Position numbers and translations under genes: made by a program | Part shown: in pieces, positions 1 through 8,462 of the stretch | How positions within the stretch are numbered: the stretch's first letter is position 1 | How the letters are laid out: each line of letters begins with the position of its first letter | The notes under the pieces: model-generated | The model's input: the letters and a program-made list of their open reading frames with translations, nothing else | Database searches by the model: none | What the model was told of the DNA's origin: nothing | Source: Mucinivorans sp. | Lineage (GTDB): Bacteria > Bacteroidota > Bacteroidia > Bacteroidales > Rikenellaceae | Direction of reading: 5' to 3' | DNA length: 64,000 bases | Assembly: GCA_036654415.1 (NCBI GenBank) | Contig: JAVVSB010000002.1 | Location: forward strand, 12,630 to 76,629

Positions 1-599
1 ACAATTTGGATAAGTGAATCCAAAATATCTTTGATAACCATGTCGCCTGTCTGGCCAATAGAGCCCATCCATACTGACTCTTTCTTTTCGGAGTCGGCCT
101 TGCGGAAGCCTACCGACACGGTGAAACCACCCTTGCAGATATAGTTATAGGAGCAGGTGAAGGCGGTCTCTTTTTGGGTTAAGGCCTGGAACTCTTTGAG
201 TTTGGCCAACAGTGCAGGCACCTCGTCCATGTCTACATAGAGGTCTGGCGAAGCTGGCATACCAACGCCAACGGCACTGCTAAGGATTTTACCCACGCCA
301 GTTGAAGAGTTGGCACGGAACCGGATGGCCTTAGCCACCTTTTTGCTAACCATGTCGGTGCACTTTTCGTTCATGATGCTTAGTCCACCCAAAGTGGCTA
401 CCGAGGGTAATTTGAGTACATCAATCCAATCGGTCTCCAGCAACATATAGTTGCTACCAGCCTGTTGGAAAAGCTCATAGGAGGAGTGCTCCAACACTTT
501 TTTGTTGATGTCAATGAGGTTAGGAAGCCCCAAACCCTGAGCATTAACCCCCACTACAGATAGTAATGAGATGAGGATGACGGTGAAAGTTTTTTTCAT
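1..599 (-). CDS. Secreted hypothetical protein, partial (runs off the left edge; at least 199 aa)
   Basis: Not in the ORF track. Manual translation from ATG at 599 is stop-free to base 1 (MKKTFTVILISLLSVVGVNAQGLGLPNLIDINKK...), with an SPI-type signal peptide ending VNA-Q. Confidence 0.8.
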   Translation of the reverse strand, partial: MKKTFTVILISLLSVVGVNAQGLGLPNLIDINKKVLEHSSYELFQQAGSNYMLLETDWIDVLKLPSVATLGGLSIMNEKCTDMVSKKVAKAIRFRANSSTGVGKILSSAVGVGMPASPDLYVDMDEVPALLAKLKEFQALTQKETAFTCSYNYICKGGFTVSVGFRKADSEKKESVWMGSIGQTGDMVIKDILDSLIQI

Positions 600-672
600 T
601 TTTGTTTGTTGTTAAAAAGGTTAATAGTTGACGAATTTGGTTTTTTTTCGGCCCTCTCTTTTTTGTTGTGTA

Positions 673-680
673 CAAAGTTA
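673..680 (-). promoter_or_regulatory. Bacteroidetes -7 promoter box (TAACTTTG) for the secreted-protein gene
   Basis: Exact TAnnTTTG match about 75 nt upstream of ATG 599; no canonical TTTG -33 box at the expected distance. Confidence 0.65.
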
Positions 681-713
681 AATCAAACTTCCATTGCTTG
701 GTTTGCCTCTGTT

Positions 714-794
714 TGCACTGAGTAAAAAAGAGTTTGCATCAGGTAAAAAAGAGTTTGCACCGGGTAAAAAACAAAATATGCACCAGGTAAAAAA
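714..794 (+). repeat. Four direct repeats TGCAYNRRGTAAAAAA, candidate AraC operator array
   Basis: Units start at 714, 735, 756 and 779 (TGCACTGAGTAAAAAA, TGCATCAGGTAAAAAA, TGCACCGGGTAAAAAA, TGCACCAGGTAAAAAA); spacing 21/21/23. Confidence 0.8.
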
Positions 795-871
795 TAGAAT
801 AATACAAGATAAAATTATAGACTAAACTCACTGGAAAACAACTGAATTGTTGATAATATTAAAAAAATAGA

Positions 872-879
872 TACCTTTG
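872..879 (+). promoter_or_regulatory. -7 promoter box (TACCTTTG) for the AraC gene
   Basis: TAnnTTTG match 23 nt before ATG 903. Confidence 0.65.
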
Positions 880-902
880 TAAACAAACCTTGTTAATTTT
901 TC

Positions 903-2201
903 ATGTCCCGCATCACGCCACGTAGTAAATCGATAATGATAATGACCCTTTTGGGGTTATTTGTTATTGTTGGGCACTATATTTTGTGGCACTACGCTCT
1001 GCCCAATTTTCCGCTCATTATTCTGATTGTGCGTACCGCCTTGGCTTCGCTCTGTATTTTTGGGATGGCCTTGTTGCTTATGCGTGTCCAGGGCATACCC
1101 TCGCGTAGGATTTTTGCCCTTGTCTTGGGGCTCTATGGGCTGGCTAGCGTGGTGACCTTGATAGTGAATCTATCCAACGACACCTACATTGCCGATAATG
1201 CCACCTCTCAGGTGCAGCTACTCTCGCCCATTGTGATGACCTACGGCAACATCTACGTCTACCTGTTTCTGCTCTACCCCATCTCGCTGTTGCGCATAGG
1301 CAAGACCACCATCTGGCAATATATCACCTACCTACTACCAGCGTTGCTCTTGGGAGTCATCTACTACGCCATGGTAGCCATCTTTGGCCTATCCCTAGAG
1401 CCAATAGATAGTTGGCAGGAGTTTTTTGCCGATATTTGGCGGGTAGATATTTGGTTCCGCTTGGCCTTTCTCATCTACCCGCTATGGATGCTAATTAAGA
1501 TATTGCAGTATAAGGCCTGTTATCAACAGTGGTGCCAACAGAACTACTCCGAGAGTGGATACATTGAGACAGAGTGGCTCAAGTACTATATTTTTGGCTA
1601 CATATTGCTTCTTGTCTCCTATCTGGTGGTTATGCTGGGCCACAATCCGCAGAGTATGCTCATGCACCTTATCTGTTTTTTCAGCTTCTTTAGCTTTAGC
1701 CTCTACCACGTTCTGCGCCAGGCAGCCCCTGCTAACATTATGCAAACCAGCAGCGTGAATTGCGGCACCATGGAGCAGGGCGATTTGTTAGATAAAAACG
1801 CCCAGCACAGATGTGGTTTTACCGATATGATGCCCACCTACAAGGCCACCTTGGAGCGGTGGATGGAGAGTGAAAAGCCCTATCTAAACAAGGATTTCAA
1901 ACTACTTGACGTGATGGAGGTGCTGCCCTTAAATCGCAGCTACCTCTCGCGTGTGTTCAATGAGATGTATGGTGAAACTTTTTTGAGTTTTGTGATGCGC
2001 TACCGCCTTGAGCAGAGTTGTATATTGCTGCGCGACCATCTTCAGGAGCCTATTGCCTCGGTGGCCTTTAAGTGTGGCTTTAGCTCCCCCTCGGTCTTTG
2101 CCCGCGCCTTCTTGCGCAGCAAAGGCATCACTCCCAAGGAGTATCAAGTCCAGTGCCAGCACTCCAGCACTCCTGACTCTCCATCCTCAAAAACAGCGTA
2201 A
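903..2201 (+). CDS. Membrane-anchored AraC-family transcriptional regulator
   Basis: About 8 hydrophobic N-terminal segments followed by an AraC double HTH (SRSYLSRVFN...IASVAFKCGFSSPSVFARAF...GITPKEY). Confidence 0.9.
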   Translation: MSRITPRSKSIMIMTLLGLFVIVGHYILWHYALPNFPLIILIVRTALASLCIFGMALLLMRVQGIPSRRIFALVLGLYGLASVVTLIVNLSNDTYIADNATSQVQLLSPIVMTYGNIYVYLFLLYPISLLRIGKTTIWQYITYLLPALLLGVIYYAMVAIFGLSLEPIDSWQEFFADIWRVDIWFRLAFLIYPLWMLIKILQYKACYQQWCQQNYSESGYIETEWLKYYIFGYILLLVSYLVVMLGHNPQSMLMHLICFFSFFSFSLYHVLRQAAPANIMQTSSVNCGTMEQGDLLDKNAQHRCGFTDMMPTYKATLERWMESEKPYLNKDFKLLDVMEVLPLNRSYLSRVFNEMYGETFLSFVMRYRLEQSCILLRDHLQEPIASVAFKCGFSSPSVFARAFLRSKGITPKEYQVQCQHSSTPDSPSSKTA

Positions 2202-2310
2202 AAGAGCGAGCTAAAGTCCGATAATGAGCTAGCAACTAAGGATTAATGACTCCTCTTTACTTTGCAAAAAAGTCGCTCCTTCTCTGTTCCAGAACAATAT
2301 AACTATCCAT

Positions 2311-3129
2311 TTAAAGAGCACAAGGCTCCACCACCACCTTCACTGGCAGATGGTCTGAAAGAAAACCCACCGAGGAGCTGTTGGCCACCACCTGGTAGCT
2401 CTTAACCTTAAGCCCCCGCACAAAGATATGGTCGATAAGGCAACGGTCGCTCTCGCGATTGTCGAAACCTATGAAGGTGTAGGGGGTGGCCATGGTGCCG
2501 CGGGGGCGCGTGTTGGCAAAAGAGCGCAGTATAGGGCGCAAAGCCTTGTCTTGGAGGGTGGAGTTTAGGTCGCCCATAAAGATGACCTGAGCCCCGCGGT
2601 TGGCCTTTTGCAGAGAGTCGGCCAGGGCCACAATGATGTGGGCACTTTGGGCCCTTGCCACCTGCCCCACATGGTCGAAATGGGTGTTGATAACCACCAG
2701 TTGCTCGCCCTGCTCACCTTCGAGCACGGCCCAGGTGGCCACCCTGATGCAGGCCGCATCCCACCCCAAAGAGGGGAGGGCGGGTGTGGCCGAGAGCCAA
2801 TGGTTGCCCGCAAAGAGAAGTTTGAAGCGGTCGGTGCGGTAAAAAATAGGGGCGTACTCACCCCCTCGCGCTCCATCATCGCGCCCCACACCCACCCAGT
2901 CGTAGCGGGTTAGGCTGTCCGAGAGGTAGTCCAGTTGCGTGGATAGCACCTCTTGCAGGCCAATAATGTCGCACTGTTGCTCGCGCAACATCTCCACCAC
3001 TGCCCCACGACGATGGGCCCAGATGTTGACCCCATCCTGGGGGTTGTCGTAGCGAATGTTAAAACACATCACACTTTGCCCCCAAGCCGTAAAAGGGGTC
3101 AAAAGCAGTAGAATCAGTAATTTTTTCAT
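2311..3129 (-). CDS. Secreted endonuclease/exonuclease/phosphatase (EEP) family protein
   Basis: Motifs FNIRYD, LQEV, NTHFDH, MGDLN, IDHIF, SDHLPV. Start moved to MKKLLILLLL (signal peptide) because the upstream extension runs through a MITE. Confidence 0.88.
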   Translation of the reverse strand: MKKLLILLLLTPFTAWGQSVMCFNIRYDNPQDGVNIWAHRRGAVVEMLREQQCDIIGLQEVLSTQLDYLSDSLTRYDWVGVGRDDGARGGEYAPIFYRTDRFKLLFAGNHWLSATPALPSLGWDAACIRVATWAVLEGEQGEQLVVINTHFDHVGQVARAQSAHIIVALADSLQKANRGAQVIFMGDLNSTLQDKALRPILRSFANTRPRGTMATPYTFIGFDNRESDRCLIDHIFVRGLKVKSYQVVANSSSVGFLSDHLPVKVVVEPCAL

Positions 3130-3145
3130 ATTTTTGTAACTATTA

Positions 3146-3275
3146 TAAGCTCTTTTAATCTCTTTCCACCATTTTATTACCACCCTTTTTGTACTCTTTT
3201 TCCGCTGATTTTTGAGCTGTAGTCCACTGCTATCTCGGCAAATCATCGATGAAAAGAGCAGTGAAAAACAGTTTC
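3146..3275 (+). mobile_element. MITE-like element, copy 1
   Basis: Ends TAAGCTCTTTTAA...GAAAAACAGTTTC, flanked by TTA and TAA; closely similar to 29424-29538. Confidence 0.7.
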
Positions 3276-3314
3276 TAAATTATTTTGTCAATTGATAATA
3301 TCACAACTTCTTAA

Positions 3315-3860
3315 ATGGTTATCTCAACATCCTATTTCCCTGACCTGGAGTGGTTCTACCGTCTGCAAAACGGGGCCCTTATCGAGGCGCACGAAAACTA
3401 CCAAAAGCAGACCCCTCGCAACCACTGTCGCATAATGACAGCCCAGGGGGTGGCCAAGCTTTCGGTGCCCATCGTCCAGCCCCACCGCCCCACTGCCGTG
3501 CGCGATATACGGGTGGACTACACCCTTCCTTGGCAACGTACCCACTGCCGCACGCTAGTGGCCGCCTACGCCTCTGCCCCCTACTTTAGCCACTTTTGGG
3601 CCGAGATTGAACCGCTCTTCGGGCAGCGGCACGACTTCCTCTTCGACCTAAACCTAAGCTACGCCCAGCAGATGGCTAGGTTACTAAAAATTTCGGCCCC
3701 CTTCTCCCTGACCGACGATTTTATGGGCATCACACCCAGCGAAGGGTTCCAGGTGGAGCCCTACTACCAGGTCTTTAGCCCTGTTATCCCCTTTGTGGGG
3801 GGATTATCGGTGTTGGACTTTTTGTTTTGCGAAAACTCGTGGAGAGCCAGGTCGGAATAA
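3315..3860 (+). CDS. WbqC-like family protein
   Basis: ENYQKQTPRNHCRI, AYASAPYF and C-terminal LSVLDFLF motifs. Confidence 0.8.
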   Translation: MVISTSYFPDLEWFYRLQNGALIEAHENYQKQTPRNHCRIMTAQGVAKLSVPIVQPHRPTAVRDIRVDYTLPWQRTHCRTLVAAYASAPYFSHFWAEIEPLFGQRHDFLFDLNLSYAQQMARLLKISAPFSLTDDFMGITPSEGFQVEPYYQVFSPVIPFVGGLSVLDFLFCENSWRARSE

Positions 3861-4857
3861 TCAGGGCTCCGATAAAGAGATAGGGGTAGTAGGTCACCCC
3901 GCGCCAAAGCAGAGCTATCATGGCCACCGTGCCAGCCATAGTTTCGGGCGAGACTGCAATCACGTCACCCAGGAAATTCTGAAAAATATACTCAGCAAAG
4001 CCGCTGCCCCCAGGTGTGGGCGAGATAATCATCGGCACCCACATACAGAGCTGCCGCGCAAAGACCAACAGATGGTCGCTCACCGAGAAGAAGGCCAAAA
4101 ACAGGGCGTTGGCCACCATAAATCTAGAACTCCAAGAGAGGGCTGTGGCCCCAAAGGCCTTGAACCAAAAGTCCCATCGATAGTGTTTAATCTGGCGCGA
4201 GCTCACCACAATGTCGTTGCCCGAGCGGCGAGCCCCCTCCTTCCAACGGCGCAGCAGGGGCAGTGAAAAGAGCTTGATTATCACCCAGCGTAATCCACGG
4301 GGGTTGATAAATAGGCCATAGGCTAAAACCATTGTGAGCAGCAATTTGATGGCGTATCCCGCCATGATGACCCACATGAGCCCCGTGGCACCCTCGAAGG
4401 CGAATAGCCGCCCAAAGCCCACCAAAAAGATGACCAGCGGAAAACAGATGGCAAAAAATAGTTCGTCGAAAAAGGCGGTCAGCATCACCATGGTGGCCGA
4501 CTTACCCACCGAGAGCCCCTCTTTGTGGACAAAGACCACCGCCACGGAGGTGCCGCCAATGGTCGAGGGGGTGATGGCCGAGGTAAATTCCCACAACATG
4601 ATGACCCTAAAGGCCTGGCGCCAGCTCAAATCGCCCCGCGCGAAGAGCCTTATGCGGATGATATAGCCCAGGTCGCGCCCCGCCATAAAGGCAAAGGCAA
4701 GTAGGATAAAAAGGGCGGTTGTAAAGTCGAAGGCGAAGTTGGAGAATACCTCCGCGCTGGCCTCGCTCCAGAACATCCACCCCACCACACCAAGCCCGAT
4801 GAGAATGGGAACTGCAATTTTCCACCACGTGTTGTTCGGGTTCGGGTTTTTTTTCAT
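3784..4857 (-). CDS. Lysylphosphatidylglycerol synthase TM-like / UPF0104 flippase-like membrane protein
   Basis: Polytopic; SAITPSTIGG and ISPTPGGSGFAE motifs. Confidence 0.8.
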   Translation of the reverse strand: MKKNPNPNNTWWKIAVPILIGLGVVGWMFWSEASAEVFSNFAFDFTTALFILLAFAFMAGRDLGYIIRIRLFARGDLSWRQAFRVIMLWEFTSAITPSTIGGTSVAVVFVHKEGLSVGKSATMVMLTAFFDELFFAICFPLVIFLVGFGRLFAFEGATGLMWVIMAGYAIKLLLTMVLAYGLFINPRGLRWVIIKLFSLPLLRRWKEGARRSGNDIVVSSRQIKHYRWDFWFKAFGATALSWSSRFMVANALFLAFFSVSDHLLVFARQLCMWVPMIISPTPGGSGFAEYIFQNFLGDVIAVSPETMAGTVAMIALLWRGVTYYPYLFIGALIIPTWLSTSFRKTKSPTPIIPPQRG

Positions 4858-4887
4858 ACTTTTACAGAGGTCTACTTTGACAAAGAT

Positions 4888-5739
4888 ATGAAATTATTTG
4901 ATGATATATCCATAATTCGTGCCGAAATTCTGCACGAGCAGGGTCAATATATGAAACTTTGGCTCCAAGAGGGGCGGCATGGGACCATGCACTACATGGA
5001 GCGTGAGAGGAGCGATTTGCGTGTGGTCATGCCCACGGTGCGCTCGGCGGTGGTGACCCTGACCAGTTACAACCGTGGTCAGCAGAGCCAACCCCCAGGT
5101 GCGCCACCCATAGCACGCTACGCTTGGGGTGCTGACTACCACCCCATTATTCGGGGGCGGCTCCACCAGCTGCTCGCTCAGATACAGCTCCGCTACCCCC
5201 AGGGGCACGGGCGAGCCATTGTCGACACCGCCCCCGCCCTAGAAAAGGCGTGGGCCGCCCGCGCTAACCTTGGTTTTATTGGACGTAACTCGCTACTGGT
5301 GAGCCCAACACTTGGTAGCTTCACCCACATCGGTATGCTGCTCACCGACTTGGAGTACGAGCAGTTAGAGACTATTTTTAGCCCCAAGGAGCCTCTGAAG
5401 GTGAGCTGCGGCACGTGTAGGCGTTGTCTTGAGGGGTGCCCCACTGGGGCTATTTTGCCCAGTGGCGGCCTTGATGCGCGGCAGTGTCTGGCCTACCTGA
5501 CCATCGAGAGTAGGGAGCCTTACCACGGCCAGGCCTTTTATGGGTGCGATAGGTGTCAAAGCTTGTGCCCCTACAACCGCGCGGCTCCACGGGGTGAGCT
5601 GCTGGAGGTTAACCAAGAGCTCGTGGCCATGACTTTGAAGCAGTGGCGCGAGCTAAGTCCCGAACTCTTCGAGGCACGCTTTGGTACTACCCCCCTAAAG
5701 CGGGTGGGGTTGGAGCGACTGCGCTCCTTTCTGGAGTAG
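4888..5739 (+). CDS. queG: tRNA epoxyqueuosine reductase QueG
   Basis: YAWGADYH, VDTAP, CGTCRRCLEGCPTGA, CLAYLTIE and GCDRCQSLCP (two 4Fe-4S clusters). Confidence 0.88.
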   Translation: MKLFDDISIIRAEILHEQGQYMKLWLQEGRHGTMHYMERERSDLRVVMPTVRSAVVTLTSYNRGQQSQPPGAPPIARYAWGADYHPIIRGRLHQLLAQIQLRYPQGHGRAIVDTAPALEKAWAARANLGFIGRNSLLVSPTLGSFTHIGMLLTDLEYEQLETIFSPKEPLKVSCGTCRRCLEGCPTGAILPSGGLDARQCLAYLTIESREPYHGQAFYGCDRCQSLCPYNRAAPRGELLEVNQELVAMTLKQWRELSPELFEARFGTTPLKRVGLERLRSFLE

Positions 5740-5905
5740 ATAGCTTTTCTCTTGAGTCTTGGGCATCTCAAAAATCCTTATTTACGCTTAGAAGAGAGCT
5801 TTTCTAGATAACCCAGAGCCTCCAAAAAAACCTAATTCTTAGAGGCCTTTCATAATAAGTGTAAAGAAAAAACGTTATCTTTGCGAAACATTGTTTAAAT
5901 GATAA

Positions 5906-6196
5906 ATGGAAACTTTTTTTACAGTACTACTTATTATATTTGTGGGCAGTTGGCTCTTTGGTCAGCTACTCAAGTTCTTGCTTAAGGTGTGGTTGCTGCG
6001 CAAACAGCGTGAGTTTTCGGGCCATATGGGTGGTAATTTCGCCTCGGGGTCCCGTGGGGGCTCTGCTTGGGGTGGAGCCTCTGCCTCAAAACGCGAGCAG
6101 GGTGAGGTGCGTGTCGAACAAAAACCAGAACAAGACCACACCGTAAATAAAGAGATTGGGCAATATGTTGACTTTGAGGAAGAAAAATTAAACTAA
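5906..6196 (+). CDS. DUF4834-like small membrane protein
   Basis: N-terminal TM helix, Gly-rich linker, C-terminal GQYVDFEE; TATCTTTG box at 5876-5883. Confidence 0.7.
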   Translation: METFFTVLLIIFVGSWLFGQLLKFLLKVWLLRKQREFSGHMGGNFASGSRGGSAWGGASASKREQGEVRVEQKPEQDHTVNKEIGQYVDFEEEKLN

Positions 6197-6208
6197 TAAA
6201 ATAACTAT

Positions 6209-6631
6209 ATGAAGAAAATTATCTTACTAATGACTGTAGCCTCTCTCTTGCTGTTCACACGTTGCCAGGATGAGGTCTTCTATACGATGTATAGTTTTGG
6301 TGCCAACCAGTTTAGCAACTCTAATTTGCCAGGTATGATTGACCCAGAGAAGGATAAGGCTTGCGAAAAGATGGCCGCCTATCTCATTAGCCATGGCTAT
6401 GTGAATCAAGGTCTGATAATTGAGGGAGCGGACGAAAAGGTCAACGACAAGAAGGCTCTGGACCACTTCAATGTCAAACTCAAGGCTCTTCAGGCTACCG
6501 ACCTGTCTGAAGTACTCAAGGGCGAAGATGGGGCTCCTGCCACAGTCTCCTTTGAATACAAGATTCTCAAGGGGCAATACAATAAAAGCCTTATGGCCAC
6601 CCATAACTTTGCTGTACCATACGTCAAGTGA
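6209..6631 (+). CDS. Hypothetical lipoprotein
   Basis: SPII-like signal MKKIILLMTVASLLLFTRC; AT-rich translation initiation region. Confidence 0.7.
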   Translation: MKKIILLMTVASLLLFTRCQDEVFYTMYSFGANQFSNSNLPGMIDPEKDKACEKMAAYLISHGYVNQGLIIEGADEKVNDKKALDHFNVKLKALQATDLSEVLKGEDGAPATVSFEYKILKGQYNKSLMATHNFAVPYVK

Positions 6632-6737
6632 CACCCCTCTCTCTTTAGGACTTTTTCCATATAGTTGCTGAACACCTCCTGCTGCCCTCGATGGGAAGTG
6701 GGTGGTTTTGGCGTAGGGTGCTTCTATATAAATAATT

Positions 6738-8312
6738 ATGAGTGCAATGATATTCAACCTATTAACCCTTCTGGGTGGTCTCTCTCTCGTGGGGTTAGGG
6801 CTCCGTAATTTTGTGGGCTTTTCGCAACGTTTTTGGGGTGAACGCCTCACGGCGAAGGTCTCGGCTAATTTGGGTAGCACGCCTGCTGGCTCTCTGCGTG
6901 CGGGGATGCTGGTGGCCATGGAGTCTGGTTCGCGTGGGGCCATGTCGGTGGTGGTGGAGTATTGCAATTCGGCCATGGTCAACCTGCGCCAAGGCATATG
7001 GATGATGATGGGCACCACCGTGGGCAGCCTGCTCATACTGTGGGTTGTGGCCTTGATTTTTATGGTACCCAACCTCACACTGTGGGCCATGCCGCTGTTG
7101 GGGATGGCCTTTGTGGCGCGTCTGTGCCGAATGGACGAGGTTGCCAAGTTGCTTATTTCCATTGGTTTGCTGGCTTTGGGGATGACCCTCACGAGTAGCT
7201 CATTGGGGGAGCTGATGGTGCGTAATGTGGATTACACGCTCATGCAGGGGTTTCTCTCTCAGGGTTACCTCTCGCTTATATTGATGGTTTTGGTGGGGGC
7301 TTTTGTGGGGGCGGTGGTTCGTGGAGCCACTCTACTCTTTGTGGTGGCTATTATTTTGGCCTCGGTGGGGTGGCTTTCGGTGGAGTCGGCCCTGGGGTTG
7401 ATGCTGGGTGGCAACATTGGGGCCACAGCCTCGGCCCATTATGCCGCCCTGGGGGCGGGTAGCAACTCGGCTAGGGTGGCCCTATCGCAGACTATTATGG
7501 CCCTGTGGGGGGCACTGTGGTTTGGCGTTTTCCTACCTATGGTCATCTTATTTTGTCAACCATGGTTTACCCAACTGCCTGTGGCTCTGGTTGTGGTCGC
7601 GCTCTATTCACTGTTTCATGTGGCCAATCTACTGCTCTTTTGGCAGTTGGGTGATATGCTGGTGCGTATGGTGCTCTCTATTATACCTCAGCAGCAGGGC
7701 ACCTCGGGCAGCCACCTGAGGGTCCACTCTTCCGACAGCCCCACATGGTTGCTGCTGAGCCAGGCGCAGACCGAGATATCGCTCCATAGCAACCGCCTGC
7801 TCAAGATGTTCAATCTGCTTGAACAGGTGGGCCAAACCCCCGACAGGGCTCAGCGCAAGCTGATTGTGGAGCGTATTGAGAAGTACAAGAGCATCACGGA
7901 CAATGTCCAGACCGAGATAATAGATTTTGTCTGCTCCCTGGCCTCGAACCACCTCAAGGAGGGGTCGCGCCCCAAGATGCGCAAGGTGATAGTGCGTGTG
8001 CAAGAGCAAAAGCAGATAGCCTTGGCCATAACTACGATGGCCTCTGTTTTGGAGCGGGGGCTGATAGTCTTTGATGAGCCACAAAGGCAGGCCATCTCCG
8101 AACTCTTTGTGCGCCTGCGCGATGGTATCTACACTACCACCTTTGAGAGTGCCGATTTCGAGGCTCAATCTTCGCTAATTGAGCAACATATAGCACGTCT
8201 AACCATTAGCGACTTAATGGTATATCGTGCCGACGAGCCCACAGCCAACATCCTCTTTGGCGAGTTTCTCTCGTGCAGCCAAGCCATTGCCAACTCGATA
8301 AAGAGCTTCTAA
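6738..8312 (+). CDS. Na/Pi cotransporter family protein
   Basis: Two repeated membrane halves (GTTVG and GGNIGAT motifs) plus a PhoU-like helical C-terminal region. Confidence 0.8.
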   Translation: MSAMIFNLLTLLGGLSLVGLGLRNFVGFSQRFWGERLTAKVSANLGSTPAGSLRAGMLVAMESGSRGAMSVVVEYCNSAMVNLRQGIWMMMGTTVGSLLILWVVALIFMVPNLTLWAMPLLGMAFVARLCRMDEVAKLLISIGLLALGMTLTSSSLGELMVRNVDYTLMQGFLSQGYLSLILMVLVGAFVGAVVRGATLLFVVAIILASVGWLSVESALGLMLGGNIGATASAHYAALGAGSNSARVALSQTIMALWGALWFGVFLPMVILFCQPWFTQLPVALVVVALYSLFHVANLLLFWQLGDMLVRMVLSIIPQQQGTSGSHLRVHSSDSPTWLLLSQAQTEISLHSNRLLKMFNLLEQVGQTPDRAQRKLIVERIEKYKSITDNVQTEIIDFVCSLASNHLKEGSRPKMRKVIVRVQEQKQIALAITTMASVLERGLIVFDEPQRQAISELFVRLRDGIYTTTFESADFEAQSSLIEQHIARLTISDLMVYRADEPTANILFGEFLSCSQAIANSIKSF

Positions 8313-8339
8313 GGCGACTCCACGTTAATAATATTTCAG

Positions 8340-8379
8340 GGTCTCTTTTTTGTCAGTTACAACAAAAAAGAGACCTTTT
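8340..8379 (+). terminator. Intrinsic terminator
   Basis: GGTCTCTTTTTTGT / ACAAAAAAGAGACC 14-bp stem followed by TTTT. Confidence 0.75.
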
Positions 8380-8462
8380 GTTTGGGGTTTTAAAAATATG
8401 TTTTTAAATTTGTGACACGTAGATACATCATACTTAAATTATTAACTCTAAAAATTTATGAG

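Noticed and set aside
714-794. Repeat array as a mini-CRISPR or replication iterons
   Set aside because: The 5-7 bp gaps are far too short for spacers, no cas or rep gene is present, and the position between two promoters fits an operator better.
2186-2210. AAAAACAGCG and TAAAAGAGCG at the AraC 3' end as MITE ends
   Set aside because: Both lack the terminal YTC and any internal motif.
4888-4960. queG as a 5'-truncated pseudogene
   Set aside because: The N-terminus is short, but the frame is intact and all Fe-S cysteines and the DTAP motif are present.
5788-5856. Possible decayed MITE ends (TTA-GAAGAGAGCTTTT, AGAGCCTC, TTA-GAGGCCTTTTCA)
   Set aside because: Too degenerate to separate from chance in AT-rich DNA; not counted as a copy.
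6227-7192. 321-aa antisense ORF
   Set aside because: Shadow of the lipoprotein and Na/Pi genes; no recognisable motifs. The same applies to 35124-35903, 42053-42655, 51593-52462 and the other nested ORFs in the track.
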